Source of the DNA: Vicinamibacterales bacterium
GTDB lineage: Bacteria; Acidobacteriota; Vicinamibacteria; Vicinamibacterales; UBA2999
Direction of reading: 5' to 3'
Assembly (NCBI GenBank): GCA_040081265.1
Contig: JBEBGV010000003.1
Coordinates: 1,115-65,114 of the forward strand
DNA: 64,000 nucleotides
Shown here: piece by piece, positions 50,551-60,116 of the stretch
Layout: each line of letters begins with the position of its first letter
How positions within the stretch are numbered: position 1 is the first letter of the stretch
Translations under genes and position numbers: made by a program
Notes under the pieces: model-generated
Told to the model about the DNA's origin: nothing
What the model saw: the letters and a program-made list of their open reading frames with translations, nothing else
The model's database searches: none

Positions 50551-50901
50551 TCAGACCCACTCCGGCGGGGGCTGAATCGTCGGCTCCGGCGTCCGTCCCG
50601 GATCGGGGCGGCCGCTGCCCTCGAGGCGGCTGATGGCCCTGACGGTCATGTCGGCATCGCACGCAATCTGGCAGGACAGGCGTACGCCCTGCAGGCCCTT
50701 CTCGGCGAGCTTGTCGCGCTCGGCTTTCGTGCTGCGTGTCGGCTCACCACTGATGAACTCGACCCGGCAGGTGGTGCAACGCGCATTTCCCCCGCACGCA
50801 TGCAGGATGTCAACCTTGGCATCCTGTTCGATCGCGTTGACCAGGCGTTTGCCGGACTCGACCGCGACACTTCCAAACCCTTCCACCGTCAGCGTTGGCA
50901 T
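50551..50901 (-). CDS. 2Fe-2S ferredoxin
   Basis: 116 aa with the cysteine pattern CGGNARCTTC ... C. Confidence 0.8.
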   Translation of the reverse strand: MPTLTVEGFGSVAVESGKRLVNAIEQDAKVDILHACGGNARCTTCRVEFISGEPTRSTKAERDKLAEKGLQGVRLSCQIACDADMTVRAISRLEGSGRPDPGRTPEPTIQPPPEWV

Positions 50902-50927
50902 AGACCCGCTATGTTAACGTATCCAGC

Positions 50928-51437
50928 GTGACTGACGTTTCCGGGATCTCTCGTCCTTCGTTGATGTGGAAGCAGTTGTCCGCCGAGCGGCGGCAACAGG
51001 CCGCTGAGGCCTTCTGGCGCGACGAACACGCCGGCGCCGAACAGGCCGAAGTGGTCGCGGCGATTGCGCAGCGCATCAAGTTCCGCCCCAAGAGCGTGAT
51101 TGCGCTTCCGGTCGAGAAGCGTGCCCACTACCTCACGACGCTCCTCGGCGTGTCCGAGATGGTCGCGGCGCGGTTGCTGGTGGCTTATCACCTCGAATAC
51201 CAGCGCCCGATGATGGGCAGCTTTCTCGACGCGCTCAAGATCGAGCACGACAACGGGCTGATCGCTGACGACGAGTTGCAGGCACCGCCACCGGAGACGC
51301 TGGCCGCCGCCGCCGAGCATCTCGCCAATACCTACCCGTCCGACGATGTGAAGGTCTATCTGACGACGCTCATCTGGCAGGATCCGGATACGTGGGGTGC
51401 GCTGTCTGAAACCCCGCAGCTGAAGCCGGCGTCCTAG
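50928..51437 (+). CDS. hypothetical protein
   Basis: 169 aa with genome-typical codon use. I recognise no domain. Confidence 0.5.
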   Translation: MTDVSGISRPSLMWKQLSAERRQQAAEAFWRDEHAGAEQAEVVAAIAQRIKFRPKSVIALPVEKRAHYLTTLLGVSEMVAARLLVAYHLEYQRPMMGSFLDALKIEHDNGLIADDELQAPPPETLAAAAEHLANTYPSDDVKVYLTTLIWQDPDTWGALSETPQLKPAS

Positions 51438-51465
51438 CGTCGGTGACCCTCCGGAGCACCCCGCC

Positions 51466-52209
51466 ATGGAATGGATGACGAGTGTTGAAGGCTGGGTGGC
51501 GCTGGTCACCCTGACGGTGCTCGAGATCGTTCTCGGCATCGACAACATCATCTTTATCTCGATCCTGGCCGGGAAACTGAAGCCAGAAGAGCGCGGGCGT
51601 GCCCGGAAGCTCGGGCTGTCGCTGGCGATGTTCATCCGCATCGCCCTGCTGCTGTCCATCACCTGGGTGATGGGCCTGACGCGCCCCTTGTTCACGGTCC
51701 TGAGCGAGGAGATTTCAGGACGGGACCTGATTCTGCTCGTCGGCGGCTTGTTCCTCATCGCCAAGAGCACGCACGAAATTCACGAGAAGCTGGAGGGCGA
51801 GGAAGGCGGCGCGTCAGCCGGCCGCGCGGCAGGGTTCGCCAGCGTCATCTTCCAGATCCTCCTTCTCGACATCGTCTTCTCGCTCGACTCGGTCATCACT
51901 GCCGTCGGCATGGCCAGTGAAGTGTCGATCATGATCGCGGCGGTGGTCATTGCGGTGGGGGTCATGCTGGTGTCGGCTGGAGGTATCAGCGCGTTCGTCG
52001 AGCGTCACCCCACGGTGAAGATGCTCGCCCTCAGCTTCCTGCTGCTCATAGGCGTATCGCTCATCGCCGAAGGTGCTGATCAGCACATCCCGAAGGGCTA
52101 CATCTACTTTGCGATGGCCTTCTCGGTGTTCGTTGAGATGATCAACATCCGCGTGCGGACCAAGGCGGTGCCCGTGCACCTCCACGACAAGTTCCACGTG
52201 CACAAGTAA
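51466..52209 (+). CDS. TerC-family integral membrane protein
   Basis: 247 aa with multiple TM helices and the motif LGIDNIIFISIL. Confidence 0.85.
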   Translation: MEWMTSVEGWVALVTLTVLEIVLGIDNIIFISILAGKLKPEERGRARKLGLSLAMFIRIALLLSITWVMGLTRPLFTVLSEEISGRDLILLVGGLFLIAKSTHEIHEKLEGEEGGASAGRAAGFASVIFQILLLDIVFSLDSVITAVGMASEVSIMIAAVVIAVGVMLVSAGGISAFVERHPTVKMLALSFLLLIGVSLIAEGADQHIPKGYIYFAMAFSVFVEMINIRVRTKAVPVHLHDKFHVHK

Positions 52210-52214
52210 CACGG

Positions 52215-52838
52215 GTGCGGCACTTCCCTCCGACGGGTGATTCGCTCAACACCCTGTTCGTGTTTGCCCACGGAGCCGGAGCCGGCGAGACCCACCCTTT
52301 CATGACGGCCTGCGCATCGGCCCTGGCCGCGCACGGCGTCGACGTGGTGACCTTCAATTTTCCGTATATGGAAGCGAAGCGTCGGCTACCGGACCGCGCA
52401 CCGGTGCTCGAGGCCTGCTTCGAAGCCGTCGTGGCGCAGGCGCGTGCCTTGCCAGGTCTGGCCGAGCGAGGCCTGTTCATCGGGGGGAAGTCGATGGGAG
52501 GCCGGATGGCCACCCACCTGGCAGCGAAGGGGCTCGACCGTCTCCGCGGCGTCGTGGCGCTCGGGTATCCGCTGCACCCACCTGGCAAGCCCGAACAGCT
52601 TCGCGTGGCACACCTGCCGCAGATTCAGGTGCCGGTGCTCATCGTTCAGGGTGAGCGCGACACGTTCGGCACGCCGGCTGAGCTCACGCCCTACGCCGAG
52701 GCGATTCCAGGGGGCGCGACGGTCCACGTCGTGGATGGTGGCGATCACTCGCTGGGCGTCAGGGGCACGAAGCCGGAGATGGTCCGCGAGGCTGTCGTTC
52801 AGCGAGTCGTGTCGTGGATGTGCGAACGGCGTTCCTGA
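52215..52838 (+). CDS. alpha/beta-fold hydrolase (KANL3/Tex30-like)
   Basis: 207 aa with motifs FAHGAGAG, GGKSMGG and QGERD. Confidence 0.7.
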   Translation: MRHFPPTGDSLNTLFVFAHGAGAGETHPFMTACASALAAHGVDVVTFNFPYMEAKRRLPDRAPVLEACFEAVVAQARALPGLAERGLFIGGKSMGGRMATHLAAKGLDRLRGVVALGYPLHPPGKPEQLRVAHLPQIQVPVLIVQGERDTFGTPAELTPYAEAIPGGATVHVVDGGDHSLGVRGTKPEMVREAVVQRVVSWMCERRS

Positions 52839-52862
52839 CCCGGTGCGCCGCGCCGGCCTGAG

Positions 52863-53975
52863 TTGACGCCCGCGGAGTTCAGGAGTCAGGATGCAGCGGT
52901 GAATTCGTTGGCAGCCCTCGGGTGGGATGATCGTCGCGCGCTGGAATTTGAGGCGTGGGCGGGCAAGCCCGACGTCGAGCCTGGTCGCGTCGTGATCGAG
53001 TTCAATCACATCTTCAGGGTCCAGGTCGCAGCTGGTGATATCGAGGTCACGACCTCGGGGCGCCTGAAGCACCAGGCCGAGAGCCGCAGCGAGCTGCCGG
53101 CGGTCGGCGACTGGGTGGTCGTCCGCCGGCGCGAAGGCCAGGCCAGCGGCGACATCGTGGCCCTGCTGCCGAGGCGGAGTTGCTTCTCGCGCAAGGCCGC
53201 GGGCAACGTGACCGACGAGCAAGTCGTCGCGGCCAACGTGGACGTGGCGTTCATCGTGATGGGGCTCGATGGCGACTTCAACCTGAGGCGGCTCGAGCGC
53301 TACCTGCTTCTCGCCCGCGAGAGCGGTGCAACCCCGGTCATTCTCCTGACCAAGACCGACCTTGTGGCTGACCTCGCCGCACGGCTCGCCGAGGTGGCGA
53401 CCATCGCACAGGGCGTGCCGGTCCACGCGCTGAGCCCCAAACGCGGCGAAGGACTCGAACTGGTGACGCAGTACCTGACGGGCGGGCGGACGGCTGCGTT
53501 GCTGGGATCATCCGGCGTGGGGAAGAGCACGATCATCAATCGCCTGGTCGGAGATGAGTTCAGGCCAACGCGCGACGTGCGCGCGTCCGATTCACGGGGG
53601 CGGCACACCACGACGCACCGCGAGCTCGTCACCCTGCCTGACGGCGGTCTGATCATCGACACGCCCGGTATGCGTGAACTGCAGCTCTGGGATGTGGGTG
53701 ATGCGGTCAGGGAAACGTTCGAGGACGTCGAGTCGCTCGCCGCGGAATGTCGGTTCGGCAACTGCCGACACCGCAATGAGCCCCGCTGCGCGGTGAAGGC
53801 GGCGGTCGTTGACGGCAGCCTGAGTGCGGTGCGGCTGGAGAGCTACCACAAGCTGCAGGACGAGATCGCGTTCCTCACCCGTCAGCAGGACGAGAAAGCG
53901 CTGCTCGACGAGAAGCGTCGTACCAAGGTCACTCAGAAGGCCCTCAGACAGCATCTCAAAACCAAACGAGGATAG
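52863..53975 (+). CDS. rsgA: ribosome small-subunit-dependent GTPase A
   Basis: The P-loop GSSGVGKSTIINRL and a C-terminal zinc knuckle CRFGNCRHRNEPRC are present. The track start is TTG, and an internal GTG near 52899 is a possible alternative. Confidence 0.9.
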   Translation: MTPAEFRSQDAAVNSLAALGWDDRRALEFEAWAGKPDVEPGRVVIEFNHIFRVQVAAGDIEVTTSGRLKHQAESRSELPAVGDWVVVRRREGQASGDIVALLPRRSCFSRKAAGNVTDEQVVAANVDVAFIVMGLDGDFNLRRLERYLLLARESGATPVILLTKTDLVADLAARLAEVATIAQGVPVHALSPKRGEGLELVTQYLTGGRTAALLGSSGVGKSTIINRLVGDEFRPTRDVRASDSRGRHTTTHRELVTLPDGGLIIDTPGMRELQLWDVGDAVRETFEDVESLAAECRFGNCRHRNEPRCAVKAAVVDGSLSAVRLESYHKLQDEIAFLTRQQDEKALLDEKRRTKVTQKALRQHLKTKRG

Positions 53976-53977
53976 AC

Positions 53978-55138
53978 GTGCCACTGCTCCTTGTGTTGTT
54001 GCTCCTGTTGAATCCGGATGTGCAGGCTCGTGGCCAGCGCGGACGTCCGCCTGCTCCTGCTCCCGCACCGGCTCCGGCCGCGCCGACCTTCTTCGTGTCA
54101 ACGCTCACGCCAGCCGAGATGCAGAACCAGCAGGCCGTTCTCGACACGTCTCTTGGCGAGATTGTGCTGGACCTGCTGCCCGACGCCGCACCCAACCACG
54201 TGGCCCACTTCATCACCCGCGCCCGCGAGGGTGCCTACGACGGTACGACGTTCCACCGGGTGATCTCGCTCGGGATCATCCAGGGTGGGGACCCGTTGTC
54301 AAAGGACCCGACCAAAGCGGACCTGTACGGCACCGGCGGCCTGCGTGAGCTGCGCTTCGAGGCCAACGCCGAGAAACACACCCGCGGCGCGGTGTCCGCC
54401 GTGCTCATCCCGAACAACCGTGACAGCGCCGGCGCACAGTTCTTCATCTGCGTCAGCGATCAACCGGCGCTCGATGGCGGCTACACCGTGTTCGCCCGCG
54501 TGGCGGAGGGTATTGGCGTCGCCGCGCGCATCTCACAGGCGATGGCTGATGCCCGCGGCGCACCCGTCGAGCGCATCGTCATGAAGAAGGTGACGATCCG
54601 CGACAAACCCGCGCCAACGCCAGTGCCGTTCTCCATCGAGACGTCCGACGAACTCGGCAGGTATCGGGCGACGCTCGAAACGACCCTCGGGCGGATTGTG
54701 CTGGAGTTTTTTCCGGACCGCGCACCGACTCACGTACGGAACTTCCTGCGTCTGGCGCAGGCTGGCGTCTATGACGGGACGTCCTTCCACCGCGTGGTCA
54801 GGGGCTTCGTGATTCAAGGCGGCTTCCTGCCGTCGCGCAATCAGCCACTCGACGACAAACAGGAGGCGTTTGTCCAGAACCTCCCGCCCGAATTCAACGA
54901 CACGCCGCACGACGTCGGCATTGTGTCGATGGCCCGTGCCGCGGATCCGGGCAGCGCCACGACGTCGTTCTTCATCGTGACCGCGCGCTCGTCCGCTCTC
55001 GACCGCGTCTATAGCGTGTTCGGCCGCGTGGTTGAAGGGCTGGAGGTCGTGCAGGCGATCGAGGCAACGCCGGTCAACGGCGAAGCCCCGGTCACGCGCG
55101 TCGAAATCACCAAGGCCACGATCAGCCGCGTACCGTGA
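53978..55138 (+). CDS. peptidyl-prolyl cis-trans isomerase with two tandem cyclophilin domains
   Basis: 386 aa with a signal peptide and an Ala/Pro linker. Two cyclophilin cores are present (YDGTTFHRVISLGIIQGG and YDGTSFHRVVRGFVIQGG). Confidence 0.9.
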   Translation: MPLLLVLLLLLNPDVQARGQRGRPPAPAPAPAPAAPTFFVSTLTPAEMQNQQAVLDTSLGEIVLDLLPDAAPNHVAHFITRAREGAYDGTTFHRVISLGIIQGGDPLSKDPTKADLYGTGGLRELRFEANAEKHTRGAVSAVLIPNNRDSAGAQFFICVSDQPALDGGYTVFARVAEGIGVAARISQAMADARGAPVERIVMKKVTIRDKPAPTPVPFSIETSDELGRYRATLETTLGRIVLEFFPDRAPTHVRNFLRLAQAGVYDGTSFHRVVRGFVIQGGFLPSRNQPLDDKQEAFVQNLPPEFNDTPHDVGIVSMARAADPGSATTSFFIVTARSSALDRVYSVFGRVVEGLEVVQAIEATPVNGEAPVTRVEITKATISRVP

Positions 55139-55165
55139 ACGGCGGGTCCTTCGGACCCGCCCTAC
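55139..55165. repeat. REP-like GC hairpin, 27-nt copy identical to 50497-50523
   Basis: ACGGCGGGTCCTTCGGACCCGCCCTAC begins 1 nt after the PPIase stop. It lies between convergent genes. Confidence 0.8.
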
Positions 55166-55587
55166 TTAATCAGAAACGACCCGTCGGGCTGGGCGTCGCG
55201 ATGCGCCATGTGGCAGTTCGCGCAGACGGCCTTGATCTCGCCCACCGAGAACTCCGCGCCCTCTTTGCTCTTCTGACCGGCAACGGCAATCAGATCCTGC
55301 GTCTGCTTGGTGCCGGTCCCGGCCAGTTCCTTGGCGTCCGTGTTCTTGCCGTCCCAGTATTTCTGTGCGACGACGAACGCCTCGCGGGCTGATGCCGCCT
55401 GCATCGCGATCGCGTCCCAGTCCTCCGCGGCGACGGCCTTGTCGATGCTGGCGGTAAATGCGCCGAGGTCCTTCATCGCTTTCTGATAGTCGGCCGGGGG
55501 TTTTTCCGCGGCGGACGCGACGAGTCCGAGCACGGCGACACCCAGGAGCACTGCGAACCATTGCTGCTGACGCATATCGATCCTCAT
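55162..55587 (-). CDS. class II cytochrome c (cytochrome c-prime-like)
   Basis: 141 aa with a signal peptide, helical composition and a C-terminal heme motif CANCH. Confidence 0.7.
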   Translation of the reverse strand: MRIDMRQQQWFAVLLGVAVLGLVASAAEKPPADYQKAMKDLGAFTASIDKAVAAEDWDAIAMQAASAREAFVVAQKYWDGKNTDAKELAGTGTKQTQDLIAVAGQKSKEGAEFSVGEIKAVCANCHMAHRDAQPDGSFLIK

Positions 55588-55723
55588 TCCCGCCCATAGA
55601 GTGGGCAGCGACGGCCAGTGCTGAGCAACAAGTGCGCCACGCGATGCGCACGCGTGATTTCACGGATTCGACGCGGATGCGAGATATCACGCGCCAAGGA
55701 ATTCGCAGCGGTCGCGGAATTTT

Positions 55724-55746
55724 CGGCGGGTCGTTCCGACCCGGCG
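55724..55746. repeat. REP-like GC hairpin (one mismatch)
   Basis: CGGCGGGTCG-ttc-CGACCCGGCG lies 5 nt downstream of the dinB stop on the minus strand. Confidence 0.55.
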
Positions 55747-55750
55747 TGCA

Positions 55751-56842
55751 TCACTCGAACGGGAGACTGGGCTGCTCGGGATCTTCGTCGGTCTGGTAGG
55801 GATCGCGCAGGTTGTGCACGCTGACGCCGAGCAGGCGCACGGGCCGGTGTCCGGCCTCGGTGCGCTGGAGCAACGCGATCGCCCGGCTGACGATAGACGT
55901 TTCCTCGCGTGTGGGCGCTTCGCTGTGGCTGCGCGTGATGGTGGTGAAGTCGCTGTAACGCACCTTGATGGTCACGGTCGCGGCGACAAGATCCTTCTGC
56001 GCCAGCCAGGCGCAGGCGTCTTTGGCCATCACCTCAATCTCGTGGCGGATTTCGTCGATGTTGGTAAGGTCGGTCACAAACGTGTTCTCGGAGCCCGACG
56101 ACTTCGGCTCGTACTCGTTGACGACCGGTCGGTCGTCGATGCCTCTCGCCAGCTGCTGCAGCCACGCTGCCAGCGATCCCACGGTTTCCTGGAGCATGCG
56201 TGGATCGGCCGTGCGTACGTCGGTGAGCTTCTCGATCCCCTTCTCGCGAAGTTTCTTTGCCGTGACCGGCCCCACGCCCCACAGGGCATCCACCGGAAGG
56301 CCATGCAGGAAGGATTCGACCCTCTCCGGCGCAATCACGGTGAGGCCGTCAGGCTTTTTCCAGCCCGAGCCGATCTTGGCGAGGAACTTGTTGGGGGCCA
56401 CCCCGGCCGAGGCGGTCAGGCCGGTGGCGTTCTTGATGGCGTCCTTCAGCCGTCGCGCCACGGTGACGCCGAGCGGCTCATGCCAGGCATTTTCGGTGAC
56501 ATCCAGATACGCCTCATCAAGCGACAGGGGCTCAACGAGGGGGGTCACCGACCGGTAGATGTCGAAGACCTGCTTTGAGACATCGCGGTACTTGATGAAG
56601 TTGGGACGGACGATGACCAGCGACGGGCAGAGACGAACCGCCCGGCTCATCGAGATGGCCGAGCGTACGCCGAACTCGCGTGCCTCGTAGCTGGCGGCTG
56701 CCACCACCCCCCGCTTATCCGGATCTCCGCCCACCGCAACCGGCCTGCCCTTGAGCGCAGGGTTGTCGCGCTGTTCGACCGAGGCGTAGAACGCGTCCAT
56801 GTCGAGGTGGAGGATCCGGCGGAGGGGCAGGGGGGCGTTCAC
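55751..56842 (-). CDS. dinB: DNA polymerase IV
   Basis: 363 aa with motif ILHLDMDAFYASVEQRDNP. Its start overlaps the dut stop by 4 nt. Confidence 0.95.
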   Translation of the reverse strand: MNAPLPLRRILHLDMDAFYASVEQRDNPALKGRPVAVGGDPDKRGVVAAASYEAREFGVRSAISMSRAVRLCPSLVIVRPNFIKYRDVSKQVFDIYRSVTPLVEPLSLDEAYLDVTENAWHEPLGVTVARRLKDAIKNATGLTASAGVAPNKFLAKIGSGWKKPDGLTVIAPERVESFLHGLPVDALWGVGPVTAKKLREKGIEKLTDVRTADPRMLQETVGSLAAWLQQLARGIDDRPVVNEYEPKSSGSENTFVTDLTNIDEIRHEIEVMAKDACAWLAQKDLVAATVTIKVRYSDFTTITRSHSEAPTREETSIVSRAIALLQRTEAGHRPVRLLGVSVHNLRDPYQTDEDPEQPSLPFE

Positions 56843-57270
56843 CGTCCGGTTACGCCAAAACCGCCCCGTGTAACGTCTTTAATCGCATCGACTTCCTGCC
56901 AGGCCACGCGAGGGGCCGGCAGGACGATGCCCTGAGCCAGACGGTCGCCGCGGCTGACCGAGACCGGGTTGACCGTGAAGTTCAGGACCTGAATCATCAC
57001 CTCATCGGTGGGACCAGAGTAATCTGGGTCGATGACGCCCACGCCGTTGGCGACGAGCAGTCCGCGCTTGAGCGGCGTGCTGCTTCGGGCGAAGATCCCG
57101 AGAAAATGCCCGGCTGGCACCTCGATGACGAGGCCGGTGCGTATGAGGGCGATCTGGCCGGGGGGCACGACGTGGTCGTGGCTCGCCGCGAGGTCGAAAC
57201 CGGCGGATTGATCTGTGCCATAGGCGGGGAGCGGAACCGTGGAATCGAGTCGTCTGATCTTGAGCAGCAT
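56839..57270 (-). CDS. dut: dUTP diphosphatase
   Basis: I trimmed this to the ATG at 57270 (MLLKIRRLDSTVPLPAYGTDQSAGFDL). Motif GVIDPDYSG is present. Confidence 0.85.
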   Translation of the reverse strand: MLLKIRRLDSTVPLPAYGTDQSAGFDLAASHDHVVPPGQIALIRTGLVIEVPAGHFLGIFARSSTPLKRGLLVANGVGVIDPDYSGPTDEVMIQVLNFTVNPVSVSRGDRLAQGIVLPAPRVAWQEVDAIKDVTRGGFGVTGR

Positions 57271-60088
57271 CTCGGCAGGATACCGGAACCTCCTGACACC
57301 CGTGGTCACTGTCCTGGCCCTCGTCCTGGCGCTGGCCGGGAGCGCGGCGGGTCAGGCACCCTCGCCCCAACTCGGTCTCGACCCCGCGATCAAGACGGGG
57401 AAGCTGCCGAACGGCCTGACCTATTACATCCGCCCGAACGGGCGGCCCGAGAAGCGCGTGTCGCTGCGACTGGCCGTGAAGGCTGGCTCCATCGACGAGG
57501 CCAACGATCAGCGCGGCCTGGCGCACATGCTCGAGCACATGGCGTTCAACGGGACCACCCACTTCAAGCCAGGTGAACTCGTCGCCTACCTCGAGTCGAT
57601 CGGCGCGCGTTTCGGCCCGCACCTCAACGCCTACACGAGCTACGACGAGACGGTCTACATGATCGACGTCCCGACCGACCGCGACGGCGTGGTCAGTCGC
57701 GGGTTCGAGGCGCTGAGCGACTTCGCCGGTGGCATGACGCTCGACCCGAAGGAGATCGATCGTGAACGCGGCGTGGTCATCGAAGAGTGGCGTCAGAGGC
57801 AGGGCACGCAGTCACGGGTGCAGGCGATCCAGGACCCGGCACTCTATGGGCGGTCGCGTTACGCTGAGCGCCTCCCGATCGGCACGACCGAGATCCTCCG
57901 GAGCTTCACGCCGCAGCGGCTGCGCGACTTCTATCGCACGCAGTATCGACCCGATCGCATGGGCGTGATCGTTGTCGGCGATATTGACCCGGCGACCGCT
58001 GAGCAGCTGGTCCGGCAGCACTTCGGTCCGCTGCGGGCCGCGGGCGCGGCCACGACACGGCCAATCTATCCGATTCCGCCACATGTGGCGACGCGGTACG
58101 CCGTCGCGGTTGACCGCGAGGCGCAGGGCTCGTCGGTGACCGTAGTGCAGAAGCGGCCACGGCAGAACATGCGGACGGTTGCCGACTACCGGCGCCAGCT
58201 GGTGCTGTCGCTGGTCCACCAGATGATCAACGCCCGCCTGGGGGAGATTGCGCGTAGGCCCGACGCTCCGTTTCTCGGCGCCTCGACTGGCGAGAGCAAC
58301 CTCGGTCGCACACTCGACGCCTTCACGATGTCGGTGCGTGTGAACGACGGAGGCACCGATGCGGGCCTGGCAGCAATCGTTCAGGAAATCAAGCGTGTCC
58401 GCGAGTTTGGTTTCGGCGAGGCCGAGCTGGACCGTGCCAAGCGCGAAACGCTGACCTCCTATGAGCGCAGCTTCAGCGAGCGCGACAAAGCGGAGAGCGA
58501 CGGCTTCGTCAACGAGCTGGTGAACCTGTTCCTCGAAGGCGAGCCGTCCCCCGGCATCGCCGCCGAGTACGAGATCGCGAAGCAAGCGATACCGACCATC
58601 ACCGCCGCCGAGGCGGCAGCGCTCGTCCGCACCCTCGTGCCCGAGCGCGACCGTGTCGTGATCAGCGTCTCTCCTGAGAAGGCTGGCTTGACCCCACCGA
58701 CCGCGGCGTCGCTGGCGGCGGCGCACACGAAGGGGCTGGATGCTCCTGTCAGTGCGTGGAAGGACGACCTGGCGGACCGTGCGTTGCTCGCGACGGCGCC
58801 TACGCCCGGGTCGGTGCGGTCGCGACGCGAGATCCCGGAGATCGGTGTGACCGTGCTGACGCTGTCCAACGGCGTCGAGGCGTGGCTCAAACCCACTGAC
58901 TTCAAGAACGACCAGGTGGTGTTCACGGCCTACGCCAAGGGGGGGACGTCGCTGGCCTCACCCGCGGAGTATCGCGACGCCTCGCTCGGGCCGACGCTCG
59001 TCGGGCTGTCTGGGGTTGGCGGGCTGACGCCGGTCGATCTCGACAAGCTGCTCGCGGGCAAGACCGCCGGCGCGGCGCCGTTCATGGGCAGCGCGACTCA
59101 CGGCATTTCTGGCGCGGCTGCGCCGACCGATCTCGAGACGGCGATGCAGCTGTTGTATCTGAACTTCACCGCACCGGATCACACGGCTGAAGGATTCGAA
59201 CTGATGAAGCGCCGGCTTCGCGCAGCGCTGGCCAATCAGGCGCAGAGCCCCAACGCCGTCTTCGGCGAACGTGTGCGCGCGATCAACACGCTGGACCACT
59301 ACACCTCGAGGGCCATGAAGCCCGAGGACGTAGACGCGCTGAACGCCGATCGCATGGCCGCGTACTATCAGGCACGTTTCAGCAACGCCGCCGATTTCAC
59401 GGTGTTCGTCGTCGGCACCTTCACGGTTGAGCAGATCACGCCGCTCCTCAATACCTACGTCGCTTCGCTCCCGTCTCGCGGTACACCGACTGCGGCGTTT
59501 GGCGACGTCCGACTGCAGTTCCCGGCCATGATTCAGCGTGAGAAGGTGGCTAAGGGCCAGGACCCGAAGAGCCAGACCATCGTCAGCTTCTTCGCGGATC
59601 CTGGATTGAACGAGCTCGAGATGTTCCGCACCAACGCGGCTACCGAGGTGCTCGAGATGAAGCTGCGCGACATCCTGCGCGAGGAACTGGGCGGCACCTA
59701 CAGTGTTGGCGTCGGGTTCTCCAACACGCAACCGCTGCCCGGCTACGGCACCACGGCTGTGCAGTTTGGCAGCGCGCCGGAAAACGTGGATAAGCTGGTG
59801 GCCGCGGTCCTTGCCGAAGTGCAGCGTCTTCAGCGCGAGGGACCGTCCGCAGACGATGTGGCGAAGGTGAGGGAAACGCAGAAGCGTGACATCGAAACCG
59901 CGATGCGTCAGAACGGGTACTGGATGAACTCGCTGCAGACGCTGCATCTCTATGGCTGGGATCCCGTCCGCATCTCGAAGCGACTCGAGCGCGCAGAGCA
60001 GCTGACTGTCGAGAACGTCCACGACGCGCTGAAGAAGTACTTCCCGACCGACCGCTACACGGTGGTGAGTCTGGTGCCGGAAAAATAG
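57239..60088 (+). CDS. large two-module M16-family zinc peptidase
   Basis: About 940 aa with a signal peptide and motifs HMLEHMAFNGT and ERGVVIEEWR. The start is ambiguous (GTG 57239, TTG 57260 or GTG 57301). The first two overlap the divergent dut start. Confidence 0.85.
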   Translation: MESSRLILSSISAGYRNLLTPVVTVLALVLALAGSAAGQAPSPQLGLDPAIKTGKLPNGLTYYIRPNGRPEKRVSLRLAVKAGSIDEANDQRGLAHMLEHMAFNGTTHFKPGELVAYLESIGARFGPHLNAYTSYDETVYMIDVPTDRDGVVSRGFEALSDFAGGMTLDPKEIDRERGVVIEEWRQRQGTQSRVQAIQDPALYGRSRYAERLPIGTTEILRSFTPQRLRDFYRTQYRPDRMGVIVVGDIDPATAEQLVRQHFGPLRAAGAATTRPIYPIPPHVATRYAVAVDREAQGSSVTVVQKRPRQNMRTVADYRRQLVLSLVHQMINARLGEIARRPDAPFLGASTGESNLGRTLDAFTMSVRVNDGGTDAGLAAIVQEIKRVREFGFGEAELDRAKRETLTSYERSFSERDKAESDGFVNELVNLFLEGEPSPGIAAEYEIAKQAIPTITAAEAAALVRTLVPERDRVVISVSPEKAGLTPPTAASLAAAHTKGLDAPVSAWKDDLADRALLATAPTPGSVRSRREIPEIGVTVLTLSNGVEAWLKPTDFKNDQVVFTAYAKGGTSLASPAEYRDASLGPTLVGLSGVGGLTPVDLDKLLAGKTAGAAPFMGSATHGISGAAAPTDLETAMQLLYLNFTAPDHTAEGFELMKRRLRAALANQAQSPNAVFGERVRAINTLDHYTSRAMKPEDVDALNADRMAAYYQARFSNAADFTVFVVGTFTVEQITPLLNTYVASLPSRGTPTAAFGDVRLQFPAMIQREKVAKGQDPKSQTIVSFFADPGLNELEMFRTNAATEVLEMKLRDILREELGGTYSVGVGFSNTQPLPGYGTTAVQFGSAPENVDKLVAAVLAEVQRLQREGPSADDVAKVRETQKRDIETAMRQNGYWMNSLQTLHLYGWDPVRISKRLERAEQLTVENVHDALKKYFPTDRYTVVSLVPEK

Positions 60089-60116
60089 CTGACCGTTCCC
60101 TTCAGGAGCACACCAT

